Of a stretch of DNA of 64,000 nt, positions 32,545 to 41,426 are shown one piece after another (positions within the stretch are counted from its first letter, which is position 1; each line of letters starts with the position of its first letter). The stretch is from Spirochaetia bacterium (lineage in GTDB: Bacteria > Spirochaetota > Spirochaetia > UBA9216). The stretch spans positions 64,001 to 128,000 of the forward strand of contig OY776510.1 of NCBI GenBank assembly GCA_963675665.1, read 5' to 3'. The position numbers were made by a program, and so were the translations under genes. Below the pieces are notes generated by a model that had not been told where the DNA came from, did no database searches, and saw only the letters and a list, made by a program, of their open reading frames with translations.

Positions 32545-34254
32545 GTGAAAGAAAATGAAAACAGAAAAGACAAAACTTTAAGCGGAGCCGATGCTGTTCT
32601 GAAAGCATTAAAGAAAGAGGAAACTGAAATCATTTTCGGTTATCCCGGCGGGGCGACCCTGCCGATTTACGACAATCTTGAAAAATACGGTATCAGGCAC
32701 ATCCTGTGCAGACACGAACAGGGCGGGGCCCATATGGCGGACGGATATGCCCGTGCAACGGGAAAAGCCGGGGTATGTATGGCCACAAGCGGGCCGGGGG
32801 CGACAAATCTTGTCACAGGCATCGCTACTGCTTTTATGGATTCATCTCCGGTTGTAGCAATAAGCGGTCAGGTTCCGAGAGAGATGATCGGCAACGATGC
32901 ATTTCAGGAAGTAGATATTACCGGCATCACTATTCCTGTAACAAAACACAATTATCTGATTTCCGATCCTGAAGCACTGTCCGATTCGATACATGAAGCT
33001 TTTTATCTGTCGACAACAGGCAGAAAAGGCCCGGTTTTGATCGATATTCCCAGAGATGTAATGACATCGGAGATCAAAATGAGCTCAAAACCCCGCAGCG
33101 CCCCGTTGCTCGAGGGATATAATCCTACGATTAAAGGCCATAAGGGCCAGATCAAAAAAGCAGCAGAACTTCTGAAAAAAGCAAAGAAACCCTTGATTAT
33201 TTCCGGCGGCGGGGTTGTATCTTCCGGTGCAGAAGATGCATTGACGACTTTCGCCCGAAAAAACAAGATCCCTGTAGCAGCAACACTGATGGGCAAAAAC
33301 GGTTTTCCAAATACGGATAATTTATACCTGGGCTTGATAGGCTATCACGGAACAGCAGCAGGAAATAATGCCGTTCAGAAAGCAGACGTCATCATCGCAA
33401 CCGGAACCCGTTTCGGCGACCGCACAACCGGACCTCTCGGCAATTTCGCACCGAACGCACAGATAATCCATATTGATATAGATCCGGCGGAAATCAGCAA
33501 AAATGTTCCGTCATTTTTACCTATTGTAGGAGACGCTTCCAATATAATAACTTCAATAGGTCAACATCTTGAGGCGGAAGGTTCTTTAGCCGGCGGCAAT
33601 GAAAGAAAAGAATGGCTCGACTTTCTGCTGAAAATCAAGGCTGATCGCCAAAAACCGGCTGACAACAGCAGGCTTAATATACCGCTGATTTTAGAGAGGC
33701 TTAAATCCATAATACCGGATCCAATCATTACCACCGATGTCGGGCGGCACCAGATTTTTACTGCGCATCATTTTCCAATCGACAGAAAAAATACTTTTAT
33801 AACTTCCGGCGGTCTTGGAACAATGGGTTTCGGTTTGCCGGCAGCAATCGGAGCCAAAGCGGGAAAACCTGATGATACTGTAATTTCAATTAATGGCGAC
33901 GGATCTTTTCTCATGTGCTGCCAGGAACTTGTAACCGCTGTAGAAGAAAATCTGCCGGTTATTGCAATGGTAATGAAGGACAGCAGGCTGGGAATGATAA
34001 GCCAGCTTCAGGACACATTTTACAGCCGGCGATATAACTGCTGCAATCTGGGCTCATGTGTGGATTTCACCAAAATAGCCGAAGGGATGGGGGCTTTTGG
34101 AATAAGAGCAGAGACCCCGGATCAGATCAACTCTTCTATTGAAAAAGCAATTGAATCCGGACGGCCGACTGTAATTGAATTCATTCTGCAGGAACAGGGC
34201 AATACCTATCCGATGGTAACGGGAGACAGCCTTACGGATTTTATTGAATCTTAA
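32545..34254 (+). CDS. ilvB: Acetolactate synthase large subunit
   Basis: FGYPGG, RHEQG, TSGPGATN, AFQE, SGGLGTMGFGLPAAIG and the GDGSF TPP motif. Confidence 0.95.
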   Translation: MKENENRKDKTLSGADAVLKALKKEETEIIFGYPGGATLPIYDNLEKYGIRHILCRHEQGGAHMADGYARATGKAGVCMATSGPGATNLVTGIATAFMDSSPVVAISGQVPREMIGNDAFQEVDITGITIPVTKHNYLISDPEALSDSIHEAFYLSTTGRKGPVLIDIPRDVMTSEIKMSSKPRSAPLLEGYNPTIKGHKGQIKKAAELLKKAKKPLIISGGGVVSSGAEDALTTFARKNKIPVAATLMGKNGFPNTDNLYLGLIGYHGTAAGNNAVQKADVIIATGTRFGDRTTGPLGNFAPNAQIIHIDIDPAEISKNVPSFLPIVGDASNIITSIGQHLEAEGSLAGGNERKEWLDFLLKIKADRQKPADNSRLNIPLILERLKSIIPDPIITTDVGRHQIFTAHHFPIDRKNTFITSGGLGTMGFGLPAAIGAKAGKPDDTVISINGDGSFLMCCQELVTAVEENLPVIAMVMKDSRLGMISQLQDTFYSRRYNCCNLGSCVDFTKIAEGMGAFGIRAETPDQINSSIEKAIESGRPTVIEFILQEQGNTYPMVTGDSLTDFIES

Positions 34255-34329
34255 TAAAGAAATCACTTCCGTGTGATTTCTTTATTCATACAAACCGCCT
34301 TCCATGGCGGTAGTAATTGGGAGTAAACC

Positions 34330-34815
34330 ATGAATCATACAATATCAATACTTTGCGATGACCAGCCGGGTGTAATGACGAGGATATCCGGTCTTTTTTC
34401 AAGACGGGGGTTCAATATCGAAAGCCTTACTGTCGGGCATACTGAACTTCCAGGAAAAAGCCGTTTTACCATAGTGGTTACCGGCGACGACACTGTTCTG
34501 GAACAGGTCAGAAAACAGCTTCAGAAGATTGTTCATGTTATAAAAGTCTGGGACATCAAAAACGCCGAGGCTGTCGAGAGAGAACATGCGCTTCTGAAAA
34601 TAGAAGTAACTCCGGATATAAGAAGCGATGTTCTTCAGATTATCACGGCGCTTCAGGCACGAATAATAGATTCCAGCGATGCCGTCTGGATTCTGGAAAT
34701 AACAGGCGACACAAACGCAGTAAATAACGCGTTTAATCTTCTCGGCGATTACAATATAATTGAATCAATAAGGACAGGGAAGATTTCTCTCAAGCGGGGA
34801 GCCCTGGTAAAATAA
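34330..34815 (+). CDS. ilvN: Acetolactate synthase small regulatory subunit
   Basis: ACT domain PGVMTRISGLFSRRGFNIESL, EQV.KQL.K and RTG. Confidence 0.93.
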   Translation: MNHTISILCDDQPGVMTRISGLFSRRGFNIESLTVGHTELPGKSRFTIVVTGDDTVLEQVRKQLQKIVHVIKVWDIKNAEAVEREHALLKIEVTPDIRSDVLQIITALQARIIDSSDAVWILEITGDTNAVNNAFNLLGDYNIIESIRTGKISLKRGALVK

Positions 34816-35548
34816 GCGAAAAAGTGCTCCCTTTACCGGGAGTACTTTCAGCAGTTATTTCGACACCGAAAAAGTCTGCATATCTCCCGGAGGCTATAAG
34901 CCCGAGCCCGATACCGGCTTCTCCTTCCGTTCCGTGTGTTTTCCATTTTGAATCAATCCGAAACAGGTTTTTAAGATTCTCCGGTTCAATACCCACGCCT
35001 TCATCCTTAACGCTGACAATACAACCGTCACCTTTTTCAACATACGAGATAATAACACGGCTGCCCCTGACGGAGAATTTCACGGCATTTGAAACAAGAT
35101 TTTTAAGTATGAATTCGAACATTTTTGAATTTGCCTTTATCATCTGCTCGGGATTATACCGGTGATCAATTTCAATATCTTTTCCGGTTAAAACCTCTTC
35201 AAGTCCTGTCAAAACCTCTTCAAGCACAAGTTTCAGCGGTATTGTCTCAATAGTTGTATTATACTTTCGACGTTCTATCCGACCCCACTCAAAAAGATTT
35301 TCAATAAGCTGATAAGTATTTTTTAGTGTCTCGTGAATGGTCGAAACATAAGTTTTTACATCATCTGTTGATAAATCTTCCACTCCGGAAGCAAGCATTT
35401 CAGACAATCCCAGCAACCCGCTGAACGGACTGCGCAGATCATGCGAGGCGATTACAAAAACTTTATCGCGGGATTTCTGTAAATCCTTGTAAGCCTCAAT
35501 GAGTTCATCCTTCGACAGACTATTCAGATCAGCTTCATCAATATTCAT
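34790..35548 (-). CDS. Sensor-less histidine kinase (HisKA plus HATPase)
   Basis: SHDLRSPF, NLVSNAVKFS, DEGVGI, GIGLGL and GKGSTF; only about 30 aa precede the H-box. Confidence 0.85.
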   Translation of the reverse strand: MNIDEADLNSLSKDELIEAYKDLQKSRDKVFVIASHDLRSPFSGLLGLSEMLASGVEDLSTDDVKTYVSTIHETLKNTYQLIENLFEWGRIERRKYNTTIETIPLKLVLEEVLTGLEEVLTGKDIEIDHRYNPEQMIKANSKMFEFILKNLVSNAVKFSVRGSRVIISYVEKGDGCIVSVKDEGVGIEPENLKNLFRIDSKWKTHGTEGEAGIGLGLIASGRYADFFGVEITAESTPGKGSTFSLILPGLPA

Positions 35549-35621
35549 TACACAGCTCCGTTTACATTATCGGCTGAATTTCAGTGAACGAAAAGTTTTT
35601 TACCTACGTTCTGTCGACGGC

Positions 35622-36110
35622 TTAAACATCCTGATGTTCAGTATCGCGACCTTCCAGCATTTTAATTGCATGCTGCAGCACAGGTTTGAGAATATCCAGA
35701 TTTTCTGCTACCGCTTTGGGATTCCCGGGCAAATTGATTATAAGGCTGCCCTTTCTTATTACCGCCCTCCCCCTTGAGAGCACTGCATAAGGCGTAATTT
35801 CATAACCTTTCATTCTCATCAGCTCGGCAAGTCCGGGCATTTCCCGCTCCCCGACAGCAAGAGTTGCTTCGGGCGTATTGTCCCGGGGAGAGGCTCCGGT
35901 TCCGCCGGAGGTTACAATAAGATTAATCCCGTTGTCGGAATGTCTGATCAGGGCCTGCTCTATTACAATCCTGTCATCAGGAATTATTTCAGTCCCAACC
36001 ACCTTAAATCCCATTTTCGACAGTTCATCTGAAGCAAGAGGTCCGGACTTGTCTTCACGAAGCCCGGCAGCGCCTTTGTCGCTGACTGTGATTACAGATG
36101 CTGTATACAT
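35622..36110 (-). CDS. mog: Molybdopterin adenylyltransferase MogA/MoaB family
   Basis: ITVSD, REDKSG, TSGGTG..PRD.TPEA, LSRG and INLPGNPKA; likely start MYTASV. Confidence 0.88.
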   Translation of the reverse strand: MYTASVITVSDKGAAGLREDKSGPLASDELSKMGFKVVGTEIIPDDRIVIEQALIRHSDNGINLIVTSGGTGASPRDNTPEATLAVGEREMPGLAELMRMKGYEITPYAVLSRGRAVIRKGSLIINLPGNPKAVAENLDILKPVLQHAIKMLEGRDTEHQDV

Positions 36111-36111
36111 A

Positions 36112-36588
36112 TTACTCTTCAATAAACACATCTCCGCTTTTCCCGCCGGTTTTGCTTGCCAGCCTGATATTATTTATAACCATGGTCTTTTCCACGGCCT
36201 TGCACATATCATATACGGTCAAAGCAGCAGTACTCACTGCCTGCAAAGCTTCCATTTCCACACCGGTTTTCCCGGAGGAACGTACCTCCGCCTCAATCCT
36301 TACTCCGGGAAGATTTTCATCCGCTGCCAAATCTACCCTGGCCCCGGTAACCATAACAGTATGGCACAACGGAATCATATCCGGCACTTTTTTGGCGGCC
36401 ATGATACCGGCTATCCGGGCAGTCTGAAGAACATCGCCCTTCCTGTTGTCATTTTTCAAAATTTCCCTGAGGGTTTCGATTTTCATTATAACTTCACCCC
36501 TGGCTACCGCCCTGCGAACGGTTACGTCCTTGTCGCTGACATCGACCATCCGGGCTTTTCCGGCTTCGTCTACATGATTCAATCCCAT
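36112..36588 (-). CDS. moaC: Cyclic pyranopterin monophosphate synthase
   Basis: [31 protein letters not shown] and KTGGKSG. Confidence 0.96.
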   Translation of the reverse strand: MGLNHVDEAGKARMVDVSDKDVTVRRAVARGEVIMKIETLREILKNDNRKGDVLQTARIAGIMAAKKVPDMIPLCHTVMVTGARVDLAADENLPGVRIEAEVRSSGKTGVEMEALQAVSTAALTVYDMCKAVEKTMVINNIRLASKTGGKSGDVFIEE

Positions 36589-36589
36589 A

Positions 36590-37573
36590 TCAGCCTCCTA
36601 TCTCATGCATGCATCTGCTGTCGGTGTTAACCCGCTGAAAGTCGGCATGCGATTCGGGTTTCATCCCGACCGCGTCCTTAAACAGTCCGGCAAGACGCTC
36701 AGGCATCCCTCCATCGCCGCTTCTTAGAGCCTGGACGAGATCTACTTCATCGTTGGAAAAAAGACATGGTTTCAGTTTACCGTCGGCAGTAAGCCGTATA
36801 CGGTTACAATTCTCGCAGAACGCATGACTTACGGCTTCAATCAGTCCCAGACTTCCAAGATCTCCGGTTCGGCACCAGCTTTGAGCCGGCCCGCTTCCGT
36901 ATACCCCGCATTGCTTAAGGTCCGGAAAACCTGAAAAAATGCGTGTCCTGATATCATCCGACGGATAATGGCTCTGTTTAAAAGGAAAACTGCTGTCGTT
37001 AACCGGCATAAATTCTATAAACCGCAGATGCAGATGATTTTCTAGCGCCCAGTCAGACAAAGGAATAATCTCATGATCATTGAAACCGCGAATAATTACA
37101 GAATTTATCTTGATGGGGAATAAACCGGCATGTTTTGCAGCCGCAATTCCGTTAAAAACATCTTCAATATTCCCAACCCTGGTTATAGTCTTAAAACTCT
37201 CGGGATCAAGCGTATCAAGGCTGATATTGACCCTGTCCAGACCTGCTTCCGCCAGCTCTTCTGCAGCCCCTGCAAGAAGAATTGCATTCGTGGTCAGTGA
37301 AATATTTTCAATTCCATTAACTGCTTTTATCATACGGACAAGCTCGCTTACACCTGGACGCACAAGCGGTTCGCCGCCGGTAAGCCGGATTTTTTTTATG
37401 CCGAGCCCTGCGACAACCTTTACCACCTCGGCTATTTCTTCATACCTGAGAATATCCGGATGCTTCAGGCTTGTTACTCCGGATTCAGGCATACAGTACA
37501 AACACCGAAGATTGCATCGATCCGTTATTGATATCCGCAGATAATCTATCTTGCGCTTAAAGGAATCATTCAT
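36590..37573 (-). CDS. moaA: GTP 3',8-cyclase (radical SAM)
   Basis: [45 protein letters not shown] and a C-terminal IGG; likely start near MNDSFKR. Confidence 0.96.
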   Translation of the reverse strand: MNDSFKRKIDYLRISITDRCNLRCLYCMPESGVTSLKHPDILRYEEIAEVVKVVAGLGIKKIRLTGGEPLVRPGVSELVRMIKAVNGIENISLTTNAILLAGAAEELAEAGLDRVNISLDTLDPESFKTITRVGNIEDVFNGIAAAKHAGLFPIKINSVIIRGFNDHEIIPLSDWALENHLHLRFIEFMPVNDSSFPFKQSHYPSDDIRTRIFSGFPDLKQCGVYGSGPAQSWCRTGDLGSLGLIEAVSHAFCENCNRIRLTADGKLKPCLFSNDEVDLVQALRSGDGGMPERLAGLFKDAVGMKPESHADFQRVNTDSRCMHEIGG

Positions 37574-37628
37574 CGTCAATACAGTAGTGAAGAATTTACT
37601 AAATTTCAATAGTGTGTTATACATTAGG

Positions 37629-38082
37629 AATGGAAGAAAACAAAGAAAGCGTTGAATTCTGGGAAGAAAAGAAAAAGGAAACCGGGAAAGATATTATTTT
37701 TAAAAGCTTTGCCCGTTTTATCGGCGAGTCCGGACAGGGAGAAAACAATCTTAGCGGGTTGATCTATTCAACTGATGAGCGAATATACTTCGAGGATTTT
37801 GAAAAATCATCCATGCTTGATATTTTCATGAAGAAAAAAAGAAAATACGAAAAATTCACAATGAATTTTCTTATAGCTGATGTGAATGGAATGAGAAAGG
37901 TTTCGCAGTCCAGCGCTGTCGCCTGTATTAATGGTGAAATTGACGAAGGGAAACCGCAGGGAGCATTGACGGGCCTTTTTAATTCACCGGCATGGGAGAT
38001 AAAATTCGGCTCAGGCTCGTCTTATTTCTTTGAACTTTTTGAGCCGAACGAACTTGTTAAAATAATTAATAGTAATGACTGA
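37629..38082 (+). CDS. Hypothetical cytoplasmic protein
   Basis: Clean ORF divergent from moaA and overlapping the suhB start. Confidence 0.6.
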
Positions 38083-38866
38083 AAATAAAGAAAAAATTCT
38101 CGAAACAGCAAAAGAGGCGGCAGAAGAAGCTTCACGAATTATTCTGGAGTTTTTAAATAAAGCCTCTATAAGCAACAAGGGGACAAACAACCTTGTGACG
38201 GAAGCCGACGTGAGATCAGAAAAAGCTGTAAGAGAAATTATATCAAGAGAGTTCCCGTCTCATTCGATTCTTGGAGAGGAAAACGGCGGCGAGAAAAATC
38301 ATGAAGCAGAAAATCTGTGGATAATTGATCCCCTTGACGGAACAAACAATTATGCTCACGGTTTTCCTTTTTTCTCGGTATCAATAGGATATGCCGAAAA
38401 AGGTTTGATGAAAGTCGGATACGTTCTGGACGTGATAAGAGATGAGCGGTTCCATGCAATCGAAGGTGCGGGAGCCTTTTGCAACGGCAAACTCATCAGG
38501 GTGTCTGAGCGGAACCTTAACGAAGCGCTTGTCGGAACTGGTTTTTATTATGACCGCGGAACCATGATGCAAAGCACTCTTAAATCAATCGGCAGGCTTT
38601 TCGAAAATAACATACGCGGAATCAGGCGAACAGGAAGCTCCGCCCTCGACATCTGCTTTGTTGCAGCAGGACGTCTGGATGCATATTTTGAATACAAACT
38701 GGGTCGCTGGGATTTTGCTGCAGGAATGCTCATTCTCAGAGAAGCCGGCGGAGACTGCCGGGACGCAACAGGCAGGCAGCTGACGCTTGAATCCGAATCT
38801 TACGTATTCAGCAACGGCGTTTTTGCCGACAGGCTTATCGAACTTGTGAGATACCCCGAGGAATAA
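38075..38866 (+). CDS. suhB: Inositol monophosphatase family protein
   Basis: LVTEAD, GEE, WIIDPLDGTNNY, RRTGSSALD and WDFAAG. Confidence 0.9.
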   Translation: MTENKEKILETAKEAAEEASRIILEFLNKASISNKGTNNLVTEADVRSEKAVREIISREFPSHSILGEENGGEKNHEAENLWIIDPLDGTNNYAHGFPFFSVSIGYAEKGLMKVGYVLDVIRDERFHAIEGAGAFCNGKLIRVSERNLNEALVGTGFYYDRGTMMQSTLKSIGRLFENNIRGIRRTGSSALDICFVAAGRLDAYFEYKLGRWDFAAGMLILREAGGDCRDATGRQLTLESESYVFSNGVFADRLIELVRYPEE

Positions 38867-38869
38867 CGT

Positions 38870-39238
38870 TTGGGCGTTCTCGGTGAATTTCTGATAATTT
38901 CCGGCGCAGCTGCGGCGGGTGTGTTGCTTTCCGCAATACCGCAGTTTCCGCTGCCCGGCAGCGTTACAGGCATGCTGATATTGCTCTTTTTAATGCTAAT
39001 CGGGGTGCTTAAACCCGAACGCATAAAGCACGCAGCTGATTTTCTGATCAGGTTTCTGCCTTTATTTTTTATTCCCCTTATTGTTAATCTTCTCAAGGAA
39101 TCTGAACTTCTTGAAACCTACGGCCTGAAACTTTTAATAATAATTATATCGACGACCCTGATAACACTTGCAGCAACAGGGCTTACCGCGCGCCTGCTTC
39201 TTTCAGCTGCATCACGGAGAAAACAGCGTGATGTTTGA
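38870..39238 (+). CDS. cidA: CidA/LrgA-family holin-like membrane protein
   Basis: PLPGSVTGML and LPLFFIP motifs; directly upstream of an LrgB gene. Confidence 0.82.
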   Translation: MGVLGEFLIISGAAAAGVLLSAIPQFPLPGSVTGMLILLFLMLIGVLKPERIKHAADFLIRFLPLFFIPLIVNLLKESELLETYGLKLLIIIISTTLITLAATGLTARLLLSAASRRKQRDV

Positions 39239-39926
39239 ATCTTTCTGCAGCAATCCTGCTTTCGGACTGGTAATTACCCTTTCGGCCTATGCTGCCGGCC
39301 TCAGACTGTATAAAAAGGCAAGTGTTTCGTTACTGCATCCGGTACTGACTGCTTCAGTTCTGATAATTGCCTTCCTGCTGATATTCGGTGTTGACATTGA
39401 AAGTTATCAAAAAGGCGGAGCTGTAATTTCATTCATGCTGCCCCCGGCAACAGCCGCCCTGGCAGTTCCTCTTTACAGGCAAAGGAAGGTTTTAAAAAAA
39501 CATGCTGTTATCATATTTATTTCAATAAGTGTCGGCGCTGTAGTTTCGATAGTTTCAGCAATACTTTTTTCAAAAGTTTTAGGACTTCCGGAAGAATTGA
39601 TTTTGTCAATGGCTCCCAAATCGATTACAACTCCGATTGCAATTGAGGCGTCCGCCAGGATCGGCGGCCTGCCGTCGATAACCGCCCTTGCTGTCATTTT
39701 TACGGGCATCACCGGGGCAATCCTCGGCCCGCTGGTTCTAAAACTACTGCATATTTCTGATCCGACGGCAAAGGGTCTTGCCATGGGGACAGCCGCTCAT
39801 GCGATCGGAACATCAAGAGCTCTGGAAATGGGAGAAACTGAAGGCGCTCTCGGCAGCCTTTCAATCGGGCTTGCCGGAATAATAACCGTAATGATCATAC
39901 CGCCGATTGTTTTGTTTTTACTTTAA
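39231..39926 (+). CDS. lrgB: LrgB/CidB-family membrane protein
   Basis: PATAALAVPLY, PKSITTPIA and GLAMGTAAHAIGTSRA; likely start ATG 39231. Confidence 0.9.
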   Translation: MFESFCSNPAFGLVITLSAYAAGLRLYKKASVSLLHPVLTASVLIIAFLLIFGVDIESYQKGGAVISFMLPPATAALAVPLYRQRKVLKKHAVIIFISISVGAVVSIVSAILFSKVLGLPEELILSMAPKSITTPIAIEASARIGGLPSITALAVIFTGITGAILGPLVLKLLHISDPTAKGLAMGTAAHAIGTSRALEMGETEGALGSLSIGLAGIITVMIIPPIVLFLL

Positions 39927-39942
39927 CCGAAACAATCCGGGT

Positions 39943-41256
39943 TCAGTTTTTAAGTTCCTTTGCTCTTGACTCCATGAGCTTCAGCATGGCTGTTCTGTCC
40001 TTTCCTATGGAAAAAATAACGCCTATAAAAAGAATAGAGCAAAGAAACCAGAAAGACACGGACGTATTTACCATAAAGGAGTAACTTCCCGTGGCGGCAA
40101 GCATTGCTCCGCCGATAGCGGGACCGAATCCTTTTCCAATATTATCAGTAAGATTAAAGACCGCAAAGACGGATCCCCTGTGTTCCGGACGGTTTATGTT
40201 CATCAGGATAGCTTTATTGTTGCTCGATGCTGTTGAAATACATATTCCGCCCAGCAGGCTGAACAGCATAACAGTCAGGCTCGAACTGAACCCGATATTG
40301 AAAAAGATAAAACATGGAACGGTTCCCACCGCAATTCCAATTGTACAAAGCAGAGGCAGATAGGACGGCTTTTTGGCAAAAAGCCTGTCGCCGACAATGG
40401 CCCAGAGCAGCCCGCCGGTAACAGCGCCCACGCCGAACAACTCCCAGATCAGGGTGGCTTCAGCCTGTCCCATGGCCTGGGTTTCCTTAAAAAACGTTAT
40501 GACCCAGAAAGTTAGCACACCCCAGGGAATTGTCCCCGGAATCCCCTGCAGAAAAAGAAAGATGTTTGTTTTATTGCTGAATACGAATCTGAAATCAGAA
40601 AACCTGATCCGATGCCTGTATGTCGCACCGGCGCTTATTGCTTCAGCGAGAGCTTCTTCGGTTGCGCCGCGTTCTGGTGATTTTGCGGTCAGTGCAAATA
40701 AAAGAACCACCGGAAAATTCGGTACGGCGGCAAGAATGAAGGCCAGGCGCCAGCCGTAACCCGATCCGAGCCCGATACCGGCCATAATCGGACCGACCAT
40801 GATGCCGAGAGCCCAGGCAATGTCTACTACTGCAACGGCCTTGGCTCTGTTCCTGTCGGTAAAGTAATCCGACACCAGAGAAAACAACAACGGATAAATC
40901 CCTCCGACGCCGATTCCTGTGAGAACCCTTAGAATTACAAAACCCTGAAAACTGGTTGTTAAGGGTTTAATTCCTGTCAACAGGCATGGAACCTCTCCAA
41001 TTAGAACAACACCAATAAGCAAAGCTTTTCTTGAAGATTTATCTGAAAAATATCCGAAGATTATACTTAATGCTGCTCCAAGCAGTGTAAAAGCTGAAGC
41101 CACATAACTTATGGATTCTTTCGCTACGCCATATTCAGCTGCAAGCTCCGGGACAATAGCCGGAGTAATATACAGATCACACTGAAGAAAAAACGACATA
41201 AGAACCATCAGTGCAAGCGTTATTTTGTCACGGGTCTCCATTTTATAAACAGACAT
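39943..41256 (-). CDS. MFS transporter
   Basis: G.FSDK.SRK motif A, RVLTGIG.GG and about 12 TM segments. Confidence 0.85.
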   Translation of the reverse strand: MSVYKMETRDKITLALMVLMSFFLQCDLYITPAIVPELAAEYGVAKESISYVASAFTLLGAALSIIFGYFSDKSSRKALLIGVVLIGEVPCLLTGIKPLTTSFQGFVILRVLTGIGVGGIYPLLFSLVSDYFTDRNRAKAVAVVDIAWALGIMVGPIMAGIGLGSGYGWRLAFILAAVPNFPVVLLFALTAKSPERGATEEALAEAISAGATYRHRIRFSDFRFVFSNKTNIFLFLQGIPGTIPWGVLTFWVITFFKETQAMGQAEATLIWELFGVGAVTGGLLWAIVGDRLFAKKPSYLPLLCTIGIAVGTVPCFIFFNIGFSSSLTVMLFSLLGGICISTASSNNKAILMNINRPEHRGSVFAVFNLTDNIGKGFGPAIGGAMLAATGSYSFMVNTSVSFWFLCSILFIGVIFSIGKDRTAMLKLMESRAKELKN

Positions 41257-41321
41257 CGATAATACCTCCGGGATTATTCTAACTCACCGTATAAGAAATG
41301 ACAGTAATTATTTTCTTTAAT

Positions 41322-41351
41322 AAAAAAACTGCCGCCATTGACGGCGGCAGT
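41322..41351 (-). terminator. Intrinsic terminator after the caspase-like gene
   Basis: ACTGCCGCC-N6-GGCGGCAGT stem followed by a T run on the minus strand. Confidence 0.75.
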
Positions 41352-41426
41352 CCAGTTAAAAACTGTTACAGTTTGGGGAACTGTAGGGCGCCTCATCGGC
41401 GCGCCTTTAATATTTTTTAAGGAATA

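Noticed and set aside
32342-32608. Minus-strand 88-aa Thr-rich ORF
   Set aside because: It is the antisense reading of the GTC-rich Val leader peptide and terminator.
38870-39926. Prophage lysis cassette
   Set aside because: CidA/LrgB pairs are ordinary chromosomal genes and no phage genes are adjacent.
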